Part shown: piece after piece, positions 18,885 through 29,549 of the stretch | Position numbering within the stretch: position 1 is the first letter of the stretch | Layout: every line of letters begins with the position of its first letter | Assembly: GCA_045589455.1 (NCBI GenBank) | Contig: JAZNPC010000088.1 | Coordinates: forward strand, 35,587-99,586 | Source: Kiritimatiellia bacterium | GTDB lineage: Bacteria; Verrucomicrobiota; Kiritimatiellia; RFP12; UBA3636 | Direction of reading: 5' to 3' | Length of the DNA stretch: 64,000 bases | Translations under genes and position numbers: made by a program | Notes under the pieces: generated by a model | Databases searched by the model: none | What the model was told of the DNA's origin: nothing | What the model saw: only the letters and a program-made list of their open reading frames with translations

Positions 18885-19502
18885 TTAGGAGTTATAGATT
18901 CTATCGCCAGCATCACCTAAGCCAGGTAAAATATACTTCTTCTCATTTAAGCATCTATCAATTACTGCTGTATAAATATTTACATCAGGATGCTCTGTCT
19001 GCATATACTCTATTCCTTCAGGACAAGAGATCAAGCAAGCTAGAATAATACGCTTATAGCCCTTTGCTTTGATATTAGTAACCGCTGCAGCGGAAGAGCC
19101 ACCTGTTGCTAGCATTGGATCAATCACAATTGCAATAGAATCAGCCTCTGGCTCAGGAATATTGCTATAGTACTCAATTGGCTTTGCTGTCTCATGATCT
19201 CTGCACATTCCAAGGAAGCCTACTCGTGCAAATGGAACTAGCTTTGTTGCTGCATCTAGCATACCAACGCCAGCACGCAAAATAGGAATAAACACTATTG
19301 GAGCACCTAGCTCCTGACACTCTGTCACTTCAAGAGGTGTCTCAACAGCAACTGGGCGTGTAGGTATCTCACGCAATGCCTCAAAAATCACAAATTCAGC
19401 CAATTCACTAGCTAATCTACGAAACTCTTCTGAGGGAGTTGCTTTATCGCGTAGGCGTGATAGCTTATGAGAAACAAGTGGATGTTTGATTTCTGTATAC
19501 AT
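18885..19502 (-). CDS. upp: Uracil phosphoribosyltransferase
   Basis: Full-length match to Upp (...ILRAGVGM...IDPMLATGGS...). Confidence 0.9.
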   Translation of the reverse strand: MYTEIKHPLVSHKLSRLRDKATPSEEFRRLASELAEFVIFEALREIPTRPVAVETPLEVTECQELGAPIVFIPILRAGVGMLDAATKLVPFARVGFLGMCRDHETAKPIEYYSNIPEPEADSIAIVIDPMLATGGSSAAAVTNIKAKGYKRIILACLISCPEGIEYMQTEHPDVNIYTAVIDRCLNEKKYILPGLGDAGDRIYNS

Positions 19503-19538
19503 AACTTCTCCTTTAGAATTAACTGAAAACTGTTTTAT

Positions 19539-20093
19539 TTATAGCTTTGTGTTTACAAATGCTTTACCAACACACTCACCAATTGCATGATAGGTGTGAT
19601 TGATTGGGTCATAGGTAATTGGGTTTAGCTTAGAAATATCTAGCTTACCATCCTCGTTAAATACACTCTCCTCTGCAGCGACATTTACTATGCGCCCAAT
19701 TAGTCGGCAGCTAGGTGCATCATAGGAGATTACCTCGCACTCTAATACAAGAGGAAGCTCAGCGAAAACTGGTGCATCAACAAAGCTGCTCTTCTCTACT
19801 GTCCAGCCTGTCTTTTCAACTTTATCAGCGGCAGTATTTCCAGAAACAACACCAACAAAATCTGCTGCCTCCATATTTTCCACATCGGCAATACCAACCG
19901 TAAAGCCATTATGAAGTGTGAGGTTCTTTGCTGTCTTATGCTCATCACTAATGCAAATTGTAATTTCAGTTTCCTCACTAATGCCACCCCAAGCAGCTGT
20001 CATTGCATTAGCAACACCATTCTCATCATAAGTGCCAACAACTAATACTGGCATTGGATATAGGACTGCCTTTGCGCCTAAATTCTTTTTCAT
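19539..20093 (-). CDS. Flavin reductase-like FMN-binding split-barrel protein
   Basis: LYPMPVLVVGT...AMTAAWGG is typical of the flavin-reductase-like domain. Confidence 0.6.
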   Translation of the reverse strand: MKKNLGAKAVLYPMPVLVVGTYDENGVANAMTAAWGGISEETEITICISDEHKTAKNLTLHNGFTVGIADVENMEAADFVGVVSGNTAADKVEKTGWTVEKSSFVDAPVFAELPLVLECEVISYDAPSCRLIGRIVNVAAEESVFNEDGKLDISKLNPITYDPINHTYHAIGECVGKAFVNTKL

Positions 20094-20108
20094 ATTCTTC
20101 CCTCTCTC

Positions 20109-21317
20109 TTATTGCTCTGCGGCTAATTTACCAGATGCTAGTGCCCATGTAATATTATAACCACCACAAGGAGCATCCACATCTACTAGTTCACCTGTAA
20201 CATACAAACCCTTAATAGATTTTGATTCCATAGTAAATGGATCAAGCTCTTTGATTGAAACACCACCATGGGTAACCATTGCACTTTCCCAATCACCAAG
20301 CCCAGAAATTGTAAGCTTTGTGCCAGAGCATAGCTCTGCAAGGCGTTCTGTCATACCACGGTTAAAATATGCCACAATTGTATCTGCCTCAAGCCCAGCT
20401 TGCTTACATAATGTCTTTGCAAGTGACTTTGGAAGATATTTAGAAAGTAATGTATGCACTTGACTTGTACCATAAGGTCTACGCCAGGAATCAAATAAAT
20501 CAATCCAATCCTGCAATAGCATATCTGCTATATAAGAAAGCTTTAGAACATATGGCTCCTTTGACTTTGCAAAGCGAGAAGCAATTTGTCCTGAATATGC
20601 GAGTGCAGCTGGGCCACTAATACCTGTATGAGTAAAAAGAATTGCACCAGAAATAGCCTCTACCCCTTTTGCAGAAAGAAGCGCATTAGGACAAGAAATT
20701 CCTGATAGCTCCGCTAGCCACTTTTCCTTAAGAAAGATTGGCGCAAGTGCTGGCATAAGTGGTGTAATCTTTATTCCATGCTTGGAAAGCATCTCGTAAG
20801 CGGCACCAGTGGAGCCAAGAGCACGGCGACATTTTCCTCCTGTGCATAGGATTACCTTATCACCATGATAAATCTTTCCATTTGCTGCTTGTACGCCCAC
20901 CACATGGTCGCCCTCAACAAGAATGTCTGTCACCTCGCAATCATAAATAAAGCTAGCATTCTTTTCTGCAGCAGTATATAGAGCTTGAACCACATCTATG
21001 GCCTTACCAGATTCAGGGAATATGCAGCCATCCTCTTCTGTAATTGTTGGCACGCCATTAGTGGAAAGGAGCTCACAAATATCCTCTGGCATAAATTGAG
21101 AAATGGCTGGCTCGACAAAGCGATCGCGCTTGCCGAATTCAGCCATCAGTTCAGAGATTGTGGCAGAGTGTGTTATATTACAGCGCCCACCACCAGTTGC
21201 TAGAAGCTTGCGTGCTGGCTGTGAAAGCTGCTCAAGAACTAGCGTTCTGCTAGCCTTTGAGAATATTGCTGCAGCTAAGCCTGCAGCACCAGCTCCCACA
21301 ATCAGCGTTGTTCCCAT
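20109..21317 (-). CDS. HI0933/YhiN-family FAD-dependent flavoprotein (aminoacetone oxidase family)
   Basis: GAGAAGLAAA dinucleotide-binding motif and a ~400-aa length matching the family. Confidence 0.7.
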   Translation of the reverse strand: MGTTLIVGAGAAGLAAAIFSKASRTLVLEQLSQPARKLLATGGGRCNITHSATISELMAEFGKRDRFVEPAISQFMPEDICELLSTNGVPTITEEDGCIFPESGKAIDVVQALYTAAEKNASFIYDCEVTDILVEGDHVVGVQAANGKIYHGDKVILCTGGKCRRALGSTGAAYEMLSKHGIKITPLMPALAPIFLKEKWLAELSGISCPNALLSAKGVEAISGAILFTHTGISGPAALAYSGQIASRFAKSKEPYVLKLSYIADMLLQDWIDLFDSWRRPYGTSQVHTLLSKYLPKSLAKTLCKQAGLEADTIVAYFNRGMTERLAELCSGTKLTISGLGDWESAMVTHGGVSIKELDPFTMESKSIKGLYVTGELVDVDAPCGGYNITWALASGKLAAEQ

Positions 21318-21322
21318 AGCGA

Positions 21323-22813
21323 TTAGAAGTATAGATCGCGCTCACCAGCACAAATGCGGTTATAGCGCTCTAGTACATTTGGATAGAACAAAGGATAGGT
21401 TTCCTCGATTGCCTTTAATTCCTTTTGAATTACAGGCTCGCAAATCTTTACACTCTCTGGAGAGGCAAAATCATCTAGCCACTCACGATATGTAAGCACA
21501 GCGTTAATCTTGCAGAAGGTTCCTTCCTTACCTGTCTTCAGAGCATCCATGATGCAACCACCTGTGCGGCCACAGCGATAGCCTGCAGTGCAGAAGGAAG
21601 TGATAATGCCCTTACGAGCCAAATCAACAATCATCTGCTCTAGTGTGCGAGGATCGCCAAGCATAAACTGCTGCTCATCAATCTTCTGGGTTTTAGTCTG
21701 CTGTGAGTAGCCACCAATATCAATGCGAGTTGAAGCATCCATCTGTGTGATACCTAGGTCTAGGCAGCGGTCACGAAGCTCTGCAGTCTCACGTGCAGTA
21801 ACGATAAGACCTGTGTAAGGCACAGACAAGCGAAGCACTGTGATTGCATGAATGAAATTATCATCAGTAAATGTGCTTGGAGAATTTGCCACATCTGAAC
21901 CACTTGCTGCATGCATACGTGGCACGGAGAATGTGTGAGGTCCAATTCCAACAAAGCGCTCTAGTTCGCGAGCGTGAGTTATAAGACCCATAACCTCAAA
22001 GCGCCAATCTGGCTGCAAGCCAAATAGTACACCTAGACCAACATCATCAATACCGGCGTCAAATGCACGGTGCATACATGTTAGGCGCCAGCCATAGTCG
22101 CCCTTAACTGTATCAGCTGGGTGCATCTCAGCATAAGTCTTGTGGCTATAGGTTTCTTGGAATACCTGGAAGGTACCAATACCTGCCTGCTGAACAATCT
22201 TCAAATCATCAATTGAAAGAGGAGCTGCATTAACATTGATACGGCGGACATTGCTATTGCCATGGCGAGTCTTTACATTTACGGAATAGATTGCTGCTAG
22301 GCTTTCTGCAATGAATTCTGCACCTGTCATTGGGTGCTCACCATATACAGCCATAACGCGCTTATGACCATGAATACCTGTCATAGCCTCTGCCTCTGCC
22401 TTGATTTCATCCATTGTTAAGCAGCGACGCTTCTGATGTGGATTATCAGCACTGAAGCCACAATAGCGGCAACGATTTACGCAGTAGCTAGAGATATACA
22501 TTGGAGCAAAGGTAACAATGCGATTATCATAAACCTTATGCTTGATAGCGTTAGCTGTCTCCTCCATCTCCTTGCGTAGCTCTGGATCTGTAACATAAAG
22601 TAAAGCAGCTGTTTCCTCTGGCTCTAGAGTCTCAATAGCAAGAGACTTTGCGAGGATATCACGAATGCGAGCAGGGTCTGTATTCTTCTTTCCAGCCTCT
22701 AGCTGGCGCATAATTAGGTCATCATCTATAAAGTCACGACCATTTGTATAGTAGCGTGTAATTTCATCACGCTTAATCAATTTATCTAATAGATTTTGTT
22801 TTGATGTATCCAT
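21323..22813 (-). CDS. hydG: [FeFe]-hydrogenase maturase HydG (radical SAM tyrosine lyase)
   Basis: CVNRCRYCGF radical-SAM cluster motif plus a C-terminal extra Cys cluster (CTAGYRCGRTGGC). The ~490-aa length exceeds ThiH. Confidence 0.75.
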   Translation of the reverse strand: MDTSKQNLLDKLIKRDEITRYYTNGRDFIDDDLIMRQLEAGKKNTDPARIRDILAKSLAIETLEPEETAALLYVTDPELRKEMEETANAIKHKVYDNRIVTFAPMYISSYCVNRCRYCGFSADNPHQKRRCLTMDEIKAEAEAMTGIHGHKRVMAVYGEHPMTGAEFIAESLAAIYSVNVKTRHGNSNVRRINVNAAPLSIDDLKIVQQAGIGTFQVFQETYSHKTYAEMHPADTVKGDYGWRLTCMHRAFDAGIDDVGLGVLFGLQPDWRFEVMGLITHARELERFVGIGPHTFSVPRMHAASGSDVANSPSTFTDDNFIHAITVLRLSVPYTGLIVTARETAELRDRCLDLGITQMDASTRIDIGGYSQQTKTQKIDEQQFMLGDPRTLEQMIVDLARKGIITSFCTAGYRCGRTGGCIMDALKTGKEGTFCKINAVLTYREWLDDFASPESVKICEPVIQKELKAIEETYPLFYPNVLERYNRICAGERDLYF

Positions 22814-22994
22814 ATTTTAACTCCTTGGGTTCAGATTATTCCTTACCTCAGATATTTAGAGTTCATTATATCATATTCTGCTATTGAAAAACAATAACAA
22901 CAATGATGCATATGGCAATAGCGATATCGACTTGTAGGAGCATATGAGAGCAAAACTCGTAATATTTTTTGAATTTTGCAATTTGTTGTTGATA

Positions 22995-23022
22995 TTGAAA
23001 GCTTAAATGTGATACTATATGC
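22995..23022 (+). promoter_or_regulatory. Putative promoter of the tRNA Ser-Leu-Leu cluster
   Basis: TTGAAA (22995-23000), then a ~16-bp spacer, then TATATG / TACTAT about 40 bp upstream of tRNA-Ser. The match to consensus is weak. Confidence 0.25.
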
Positions 23023-23063
23023 GCATTACAAAAACAAATTTTTGTTTGTTGTTGTTCTCAGTT

Positions 23064-23152
23064 GGAGAGGTGTCCGAGTGGTCGAAGGAGCAGCACTGGA
23101 AATGCTGTGTACCCCCCGGGTACCGAGGGTTCAAATCCCTCCCTCTCCGCCA
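23064..23152 (+). tRNA. tRNA-Ser (anticodon GGA), type II
   Basis: GGAGAGGTGTCCGAGTGGTCGAAGGAGCAGCACTGGAAATGCTG...GGTTCAAATCCCTCCCTCTCCGCCA. Confidence 0.85.
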
Positions 23153-23161
23153 TTATTCCAA

Positions 23162-23248
23162 GCCTAGGTGGCGAAATCGGCAGACGCAAGGGACTTAAAA
23201 TCCCTTGGTGGAAACACCGTATGGGTTCAAGTCCCATCCTAGGCACCA
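23162..23248 (+). tRNA. tRNA-Leu (anticodon TAA), type II
   Basis: GCCTAGGTGGCGAAATCGGCAGACGCAAGGGACTTAAAATCCCTTGG...GGTTCAAGTCCCATCCTAGGCACCA. Confidence 0.85.
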
Positions 23249-23372
23249 TTCTTTGTTTGTTGTTAAAGCGCAGGTTCCCCTCCTGTGCTTTTTTTATTTT
23301 TTAAATTATTTCAGGACAAATTTCTTGTTGATTTATAAAACAATAAATAGTATACTAACCGCAATTTTTGAA

Positions 23373-23458
23373 GCCGAGGTGGCGAAATGGCAGACGCAGC
23401 AGACTCAAAATCTGCCGGTGGCAACACCATGAGGGTTCGATCCCCTCTCTCGGCACCA
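23373..23458 (+). tRNA. tRNA-Leu (anticodon CAA), type II
   Basis: GCCGAGGTGGCGAAATGGCAGACGCAGCAGACTCAAAATCTGCCGG...GGTTCGATCCCCTCTCTCGGCACCA. Confidence 0.85.
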
Positions 23459-23582
23459 TCTTTCTTGGGCAGCGGGTTATAATCCCGCTTTTTTTGTTTT
23501 TAGGCCACAAATCATATGTGCTAAACTCTTAAGACGAATGCTAATAAACCACAATCATAGAATTTGTTGATTGTTGTATTGT

Positions 23583-23878
23583 TTCCTCGCTCCTCGTCTC
23601 AAAAGTCTTGGTGGGTCGTACACATTAGCGCTTGGAAGTTGCATTATTGCTTCGTCAGATTTCGCAATAATAAAGGCAACAACAAGCGGTAATGTGCGCA
23701 TTCGCGCCCCAACACCACACCCATCACACAAGCCCAGCGCCCTCCGCGTCCTTCCTGACCTCCGTAGCCTTGGAGTAGGAGGTTGCGTCCCATCGGCGTC
23801 ACGCTAGCTCGGCGTTCTCTGCGTCTCTGCGTGAGGCGTGAGCCTGCCAATTATTTGTTGGCTGTTGTTTGTTGGCTG
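23583..23878. repeat. Family B structured repeat, copy 2
   Basis: Shares ...gtacacattagcgcttggaagttgcattattgcttcg.cagatttcgcaataat.aaggcaacaacaagcggtaatgtgcgcattcgcgcccc... with 49793-50045, and continues to the tandem ctctgcgt units. Confidence 0.8.
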
Positions 23879-23890
23879 TTGTATCCTTAA

Positions 23891-25381
23891 TTAGCCTTTA
23901 GCCCCAACAATGATTTCTGCCCGTTCAACATTTATACTGTCTGAATCCAGCATATAATTTATTCTATCAATAACAGCGATTGATAGTGTGTTTGTTCCAT
24001 TCTTGATAAGTTTGTTATCTACCTGTGCTTTAATTTCTAAAATAGGAGCTGGATTTTTGTTTAAACATTTAGCCGTATATATTGTAGGCTGTGGATTTGG
24101 CCAAAAAATCTGCTCATCTGTATAGCAATAATTCTCTGAAAAATCCTCTATTTGAACATTATTTAAATATATTTTAAATTTATCACAAGAGGATTTTGCA
24201 TTTGTTATAACAAATCTTATTTCTGCTTTTCTACCCTGAAAATCTCCACACACATCTATTTTTACATCAAGCGGTGTTTCATCATTTGGTATGGGTGCTG
24301 GGAGCGGAGCGAAAACATTATTTCCTCCGCAGCCTGTTAAAAATGGATAACCACCTCTTCGATCAGCAACAAATCTTAAGGCTTTTTCTTGTAAACGTTC
24401 ATCATTAAAAATATTATAAAAATCTGCGTAATTAGGTCCTAGACAATTCATTATCTCCTCTGGAGGAAGTAGTTTATAAAGCTCTTCTTGAGGTGCTGGT
24501 AAAAAATTAAATGCAACTACTCCATCAGTCCCCTTTTCAACCCAATTAGATAACATTCCTCGAAAGAAATCGCTTGGTTGATTGTGATGTCCATCCGCCA
24601 CATGTGCAGAATCCCAACAGGTATAAACTAAGGTACCTGTACCTTCTGTAACTTTTTTATACCAATCAATATCTGGGTTTACAGTTCTTGAGCCACCAAT
24701 AACAAAATCTATCGAATTGTCTTTAGCCCACGTTTCAACATCAAAGCCATCTGCATGACATGCCTCTCCATTTTCAGGAAGCTTTGCACCAACATCAACC
24801 TGTCGCCCTAGCATATTCATATTGACCTTTAGCTTATGCATAAATGCTGTCGCACATTCCCTGTGCTCCCATTGCTTACCTACAGGAAGACAAGGAAGAT
24901 GTCTCAAAAAATCTATACATATACCGTCAAACTGGTATTGGGTCATTATTTTTGTGATATAATTAAGCTTAAAATCTTGAAGCTCCGACGAGGCTAAATT
25001 CCATAGACCTTCTTGCCACCAAGTTTTAATGACCCAATCTCTATGCTGTTGCTTTATTTCATTTCTTCCAAGATTAAGATCTAGCTCCACCTCTGAAAAC
25101 CGATGATGACAATATGCTTTAATTCCACGTTTATGGCACTCATCTATAATGCGTGCCATAATGTTTATGCCCTTTTCTTGAAATTTTTTATATATACTGG
25201 TATTGTGGTGTGCAGTTTCCTGCTCAAAAAAGCAATGCCCCTCCCAAAAAATAGCATCCACTTTTACATTTTTCTTATCGATGCAGAAAAAGAGCCATTC
25301 CATAAGCTTATCTTCTGGAATATTCGCAAGCTCTCCCGTATAAGGGTCCATTTGAATTATAAACTTTGGTTGTTGTTTCAT
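23891..25381 (-). CDS. Hypothetical protein, possibly a glycoside-hydrolase-like TIM-barrel enzyme
   Basis: Composition and Trp/His/Asp-rich blocks suggest a GH-like fold. I recognise no confident family. Confidence 0.35.
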   Translation of the reverse strand: MKQQPKFIIQMDPYTGELANIPEDKLMEWLFFCIDKKNVKVDAIFWEGHCFFEQETAHHNTSIYKKFQEKGINIMARIIDECHKRGIKAYCHHRFSEVELDLNLGRNEIKQQHRDWVIKTWWQEGLWNLASSELQDFKLNYITKIMTQYQFDGICIDFLRHLPCLPVGKQWEHRECATAFMHKLKVNMNMLGRQVDVGAKLPENGEACHADGFDVETWAKDNSIDFVIGGSRTVNPDIDWYKKVTEGTGTLVYTCWDSAHVADGHHNQPSDFFRGMLSNWVEKGTDGVVAFNFLPAPQEELYKLLPPEEIMNCLGPNYADFYNIFNDERLQEKALRFVADRRGGYPFLTGCGGNNVFAPLPAPIPNDETPLDVKIDVCGDFQGRKAEIRFVITNAKSSCDKFKIYLNNVQIEDFSENYCYTDEQIFWPNPQPTIYTAKCLNKNPAPILEIKAQVDNKLIKNGTNTLSIAVIDRINYMLDSDSINVERAEIIVGAKG

Positions 25382-25394
25382 TTGTTTTACCCCT

Positions 25395-26600
25395 TTAATT
25401 AATTAGGTTTGCTAATTGATTATTTACACACTTTGCAACAGCATAATACATTATTCCACAAATAAAAAGCATCACCGTTGCGAAAACCAAAACGCCAGTA
25501 TAACCAATTGATGCTTCAAGCGGTGTTATAAGCAAGGTTGCAACAGCTTGAGCTCCAGTAAATATGAGCATACGGATAGACGTATAAGGAGCGATTTGTT
25601 CCTGAGGAATAATTTCTGTAATAATAACCGGGATCGCAGTATCAAAAACAAATCGGAAAAACGAAGCAATCGTAAAGCAACAAAAGAAGCCAATAACTCC
25701 AAGCTCAAGAGAGAATGGAAAGCTTATGCATACGCCGAGTGTAGCAAGTAAAAGTAAATTTTTTGAGGAATATTTTTTATATGCAAAGGCAAAAAATATA
25801 TTACCGGCGAAGGCAGCAATTTGTAAAATTACATTCAAATATGATGAGGTTGTTTCATTTAATATACTCTTAGAAATAGCGATTGCAGCAATTACATTTA
25901 ATATACCTACTGATAATCCGCGTGTAAAATTTGGGATCAATAATAAGTATGTATTCTTATTCTTAAAAACTGCAATAACATCATTATCCCCTTGATTTTC
26001 TTTATTCATCTCAATAGTTTTTTCTCGCATAGATGCACATACGATACTCGTTAGAATAAAGCATACTATCGCAATAACGAAAAATGTCGCAGTCGTTTTC
26101 ATATACGAGAATTTTAATAAAAGAAGAGAATAAACGAGTGACGCCAAAAAGGATACACCTCCAGCGATTGCCGTGCTGATTCCTGTCATTTTACCATAAT
26201 CCTTCATATCAATCGTATAATATGGCAAGCAATACGAAAGAATAGTAGACAGACCTACACCTACATACGATATGGCAGAAACAATAAATACAGCAATAAC
26301 ATAACCATTTTTTATCAATTCTGGGTTTATTGCACCCAGTAAAAATACACCAGTCAATAAACTTAATGATAAATGAGATAAACTAGCAACCATTTTTACT
26401 CGTTTTATTTTACCTGATAAAAAGGTTAAAACGAGCATCATGATTACCTGCATAATCTGCATCAACGAATTTAAAATGTAAACCTGTTCAGGAGAAAATC
26501 CCACATGAATCAAAAAGGTTTGCATGACAGCTCCCGTGGAAAACGTGAAGCCTACATTATAAATCGTTGTAAAAATGCAATATTTTATTATATTCGACAT
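25395..26600 (-). CDS. MFS-type membrane transporter
   Basis: Roughly 12 predicted TM segments in a 401-aa protein. Confidence 0.5.
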   Translation of the reverse strand: MSNIIKYCIFTTIYNVGFTFSTGAVMQTFLIHVGFSPEQVYILNSLMQIMQVIMMLVLTFLSGKIKRVKMVASLSHLSLSLLTGVFLLGAINPELIKNGYVIAVFIVSAISYVGVGLSTILSYCLPYYTIDMKDYGKMTGISTAIAGGVSFLASLVYSLLLLKFSYMKTTATFFVIAIVCFILTSIVCASMREKTIEMNKENQGDNDVIAVFKNKNTYLLLIPNFTRGLSVGILNVIAAIAISKSILNETTSSYLNVILQIAAFAGNIFFAFAYKKYSSKNLLLLATLGVCISFPFSLELGVIGFFCCFTIASFFRFVFDTAIPVIITEIIPQEQIAPYTSIRMLIFTGAQAVATLLITPLEASIGYTGVLVFATVMLFICGIMYYAVAKCVNNQLANLIN

Positions 26601-26885
26601 ATTTCAATCAAATAAAGCTGTTTACTAAATGATACACATTGATATTTCAATATTTGATTTTACCACAAAATTTATTGCATTTCACTATCATAGTTCAAAA
26701 GCCAATAGTGTAAAATATTGTCTGTAAATTCAATCTATACTATGTAGAATTATATATTTTTCCACATAAATGCCCCCTGCAAGGTGGATTATTTTGTCGC
26801 CACTTTATGGCATTATAAAACAACAATAGATGATATGGTGCAACTACTAATTCTTGAAGGGGGAAAGAAGAACTATGCAAGCAAG

Positions 26886-27050
26886 AATAATCCCAGCACC
26901 CCTCCGTGTCTCCGAGCCTCCAGAAAACCACACTACGTGTGCTCCGTGTTTCGCCGAAGGCTAGATGCTCAAGGAGGCAAAGGTTAGCACCTTGCCACCT
27001 TTCGCCCCAGCAACACCGGGCGACAGAGCCACCCTCAAATGGGATAAAGC
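26886..27050. repeat. Family A partial unit fused to a family D hairpin element
   Basis: ...ccctccgtgtctccgagcctccagaaaaccacactacgtgtgctccgtgtttcgccgaaggct followed by ...ggcaaaggttagcaccttgccacct.tcgccccagcaacaccgggcgacagagccaccctcaaatgggataaagc. Confidence 0.8.
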
Positions 27051-27555
27051 CTTCTGGAGATTCCTCTAATTCGTCATCAGGATACTCCACTTTAAATGCA
27101 AATACATCACCATTCGCATCCTTAGCAAATGCATATTGACCTTTAGCTTATGCATCAACTCTGTCACATAACTCTACCCTTGCATTTTTATAAATGCGGA
27201 TATAACTCATTAGGGCTGGTGAAGAGCATATTTGATATCATATTGCACGCCAAATTCAATTTAAATCTGAGGAAAAACACCCCAACACCGACACATTAAA
27301 ATAAACCCTCTTATTCAGTTGTTCGTAATTGATTGCTGTATTGTTTTTCATCAATAATTAATTTATAATATCTATCAAACAAGTGAACCTACCATCAAAA
27401 ATTATTAAAATAGACCACCTAGTAATTTTATGAAAATAATAACTGCAATGGACTTCTTTAAAGAGTGCATGACTTCTGTTGATGTTAGTAATGCAGTAAA
27501 AACTGGTCCTATTGCAAAAACAGTCTCATTATCATAAAGGACATTTTGTTATACC

Positions 27556-29481
27556 ATGAGCATACATTTTACAAATATTCTTCCACCGATGGTGGGAAAA
27601 GCAGATTTCTTTGCCGAAGACGCTTTTTCATTAGCTACGGCTGATTTTGAATGCTTTAACGAAACCGCACTTGAGCTAACACTTGTTCCAGAGGGCTCTC
27701 CAGCATATAACAAGGCTGAGGTATTAGGAGAAATCTTTATAAAATATCAAGCTGCACTTAAAGCTCGCGGTCTACGTGCAGGCATTCTCATTCAAGCAAC
27801 ACTTGGCCATGGATGGACGCCCAATAGTCGCTCTTCTTTCCAAAAGCTTATTACTACTGAATTTAAAGAGCGCTACACTCATTGCCCTCTTGATAAAGCC
27901 TTTCAAAAATACATTTACGATGCTATCCATCATCTGACAAAACTTGAACCAGATTTTTTTATGCTGGATGATGATTTTAGGCTTTTTTCCGGCATTAACG
28001 GTTGCTTCTGCCCTCTTCACGTTGCCCGCATAAATGCAGAGCTTGGCACAAATTACACTGCTGATGAAATCCTAGAAAAAACAAAAACAGACAAAGCATT
28101 TTACGCAAGCTTTGTTGAGATTGAAACAACAACAATGATGGAGTTAGCAAAAATCATTCGTAAGGCGATTGATGATGTTAATCCATCTATTCCTTGCTTC
28201 TATTGTACCTGTGGGAACCCAGAGGACTTAAATGTTGCAGAGAACATTGCCGGAATTATAGCCGCAAATGGGCAGCCCCACACGATAAGAATTAACAATG
28301 GCAGGTATATGCGTAATAATCCAGCAGACTTTCCTAATTGGCTTTACTTTACCTGCCACCAACGCTATGCTCTCTCTCCTGACACTGAGGTAATGACTGA
28401 GGCGGACACATTCCCGCACAATCGTTATGCGACAGATGCTGCTTGTATGAACGCAAATATAACACTAGCCATGCTAAATGGCTTTGCGGGAGCAAAACTT
28501 TGGATTACACGCTTATATAATTTTGAACCCGATTCAGGCAAAGCTTATAGACAAATTCTAAAAGACAACATAGGTCTATACAAATTCATTTATGATGCAA
28601 AACCAAAATGGCTTGGCTTTAATTCTCCTATGCGTAGACCAAAGGAAACCTGCGTCAACTCAAAAGTAACAGCATGGGGTAAGGAGGTCTTTTCACATAT
28701 TGGCATTCCGTTTAGGTACGAGTATGCAGACTCGGGGCCAACAATGCTTTCTGGTGATGATGTAGCATTTCTAACGAGCGAGGAGTTAAAAAATATTTTA
28801 AGTGGCACTGTAATTCTAGATGGCTCAGCAGGTAAGGCTCTAGCAGAGCGTGGTTTTGCCGAGCATTTGGGGTACGCATCTATGGACCCATACCCAGAAA
28901 GAATTGCGGAGGAAGTATTTTTTGATTCAAATGGTAATAAACGCGTAATTGGTTGCTCAACCCGAACTCTCTCATTTACCACAATAGACCCAGAGGCAGA
29001 AGCTCTATCAATGCTAATGCTTCGCACTTGGTCTTTTTCAAAGGAATGTAAAGAACTTTGCCCAGGTGCATTGCTTTATAAAAATGCACTTGGTGGCACA
29101 GTCATTACCTTTGCTGCAACAATTGGAGAATACTCTGTCGACTCATTTGCCCTATTAAATGAAACAAGGAAGCTTCAGCTTTGTGAGCTTATTGAAAGAC
29201 TCGGAGAAACCACAATAAATCTTGTAGGAGATGCAAGAGTTATTTGTCAATATGGGCGCACAAAGAGCAACCAAAAAATCATGTATTTCTGCAACATTTC
29301 AAACGATGTTTTACCTAGCATTGAGCTTGCATCAAGGGTATTTGATGAAAGTTGTAATCTATTTAGAGTAATGCCTAATGGTGAGCTAATGCCATACGAA
29401 TTAGAAAAGAGCGATACACATTTCCGTATTAACACACAGCTCAACCCATTGGAAACAGCTGTTTTCATAATAAAGAATTGA
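27556..29481 (+). CDS. Hypothetical protein (641 aa)
   Basis: Long uninterrupted ORF. No family assignment can be made from the sequence. Confidence 0.55.
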   Translation: MSIHFTNILPPMVGKADFFAEDAFSLATADFECFNETALELTLVPEGSPAYNKAEVLGEIFIKYQAALKARGLRAGILIQATLGHGWTPNSRSSFQKLITTEFKERYTHCPLDKAFQKYIYDAIHHLTKLEPDFFMLDDDFRLFSGINGCFCPLHVARINAELGTNYTADEILEKTKTDKAFYASFVEIETTTMMELAKIIRKAIDDVNPSIPCFYCTCGNPEDLNVAENIAGIIAANGQPHTIRINNGRYMRNNPADFPNWLYFTCHQRYALSPDTEVMTEADTFPHNRYATDAACMNANITLAMLNGFAGAKLWITRLYNFEPDSGKAYRQILKDNIGLYKFIYDAKPKWLGFNSPMRRPKETCVNSKVTAWGKEVFSHIGIPFRYEYADSGPTMLSGDDVAFLTSEELKNILSGTVILDGSAGKALAERGFAEHLGYASMDPYPERIAEEVFFDSNGNKRVIGCSTRTLSFTTIDPEAEALSMLMLRTWSFSKECKELCPGALLYKNALGGTVITFAATIGEYSVDSFALLNETRKLQLCELIERLGETTINLVGDARVICQYGRTKSNQKIMYFCNISNDVLPSIELASRVFDESCNLFRVMPNGELMPYELEKSDTHFRINTQLNPLETAVFIIKN

Positions 29482-29549
29482 TTATACATAACACTATCAT
29501 CTTAGACTATGGTGCTTTTATAAGAGTGTCATATAAAAATTTTAAGGAT

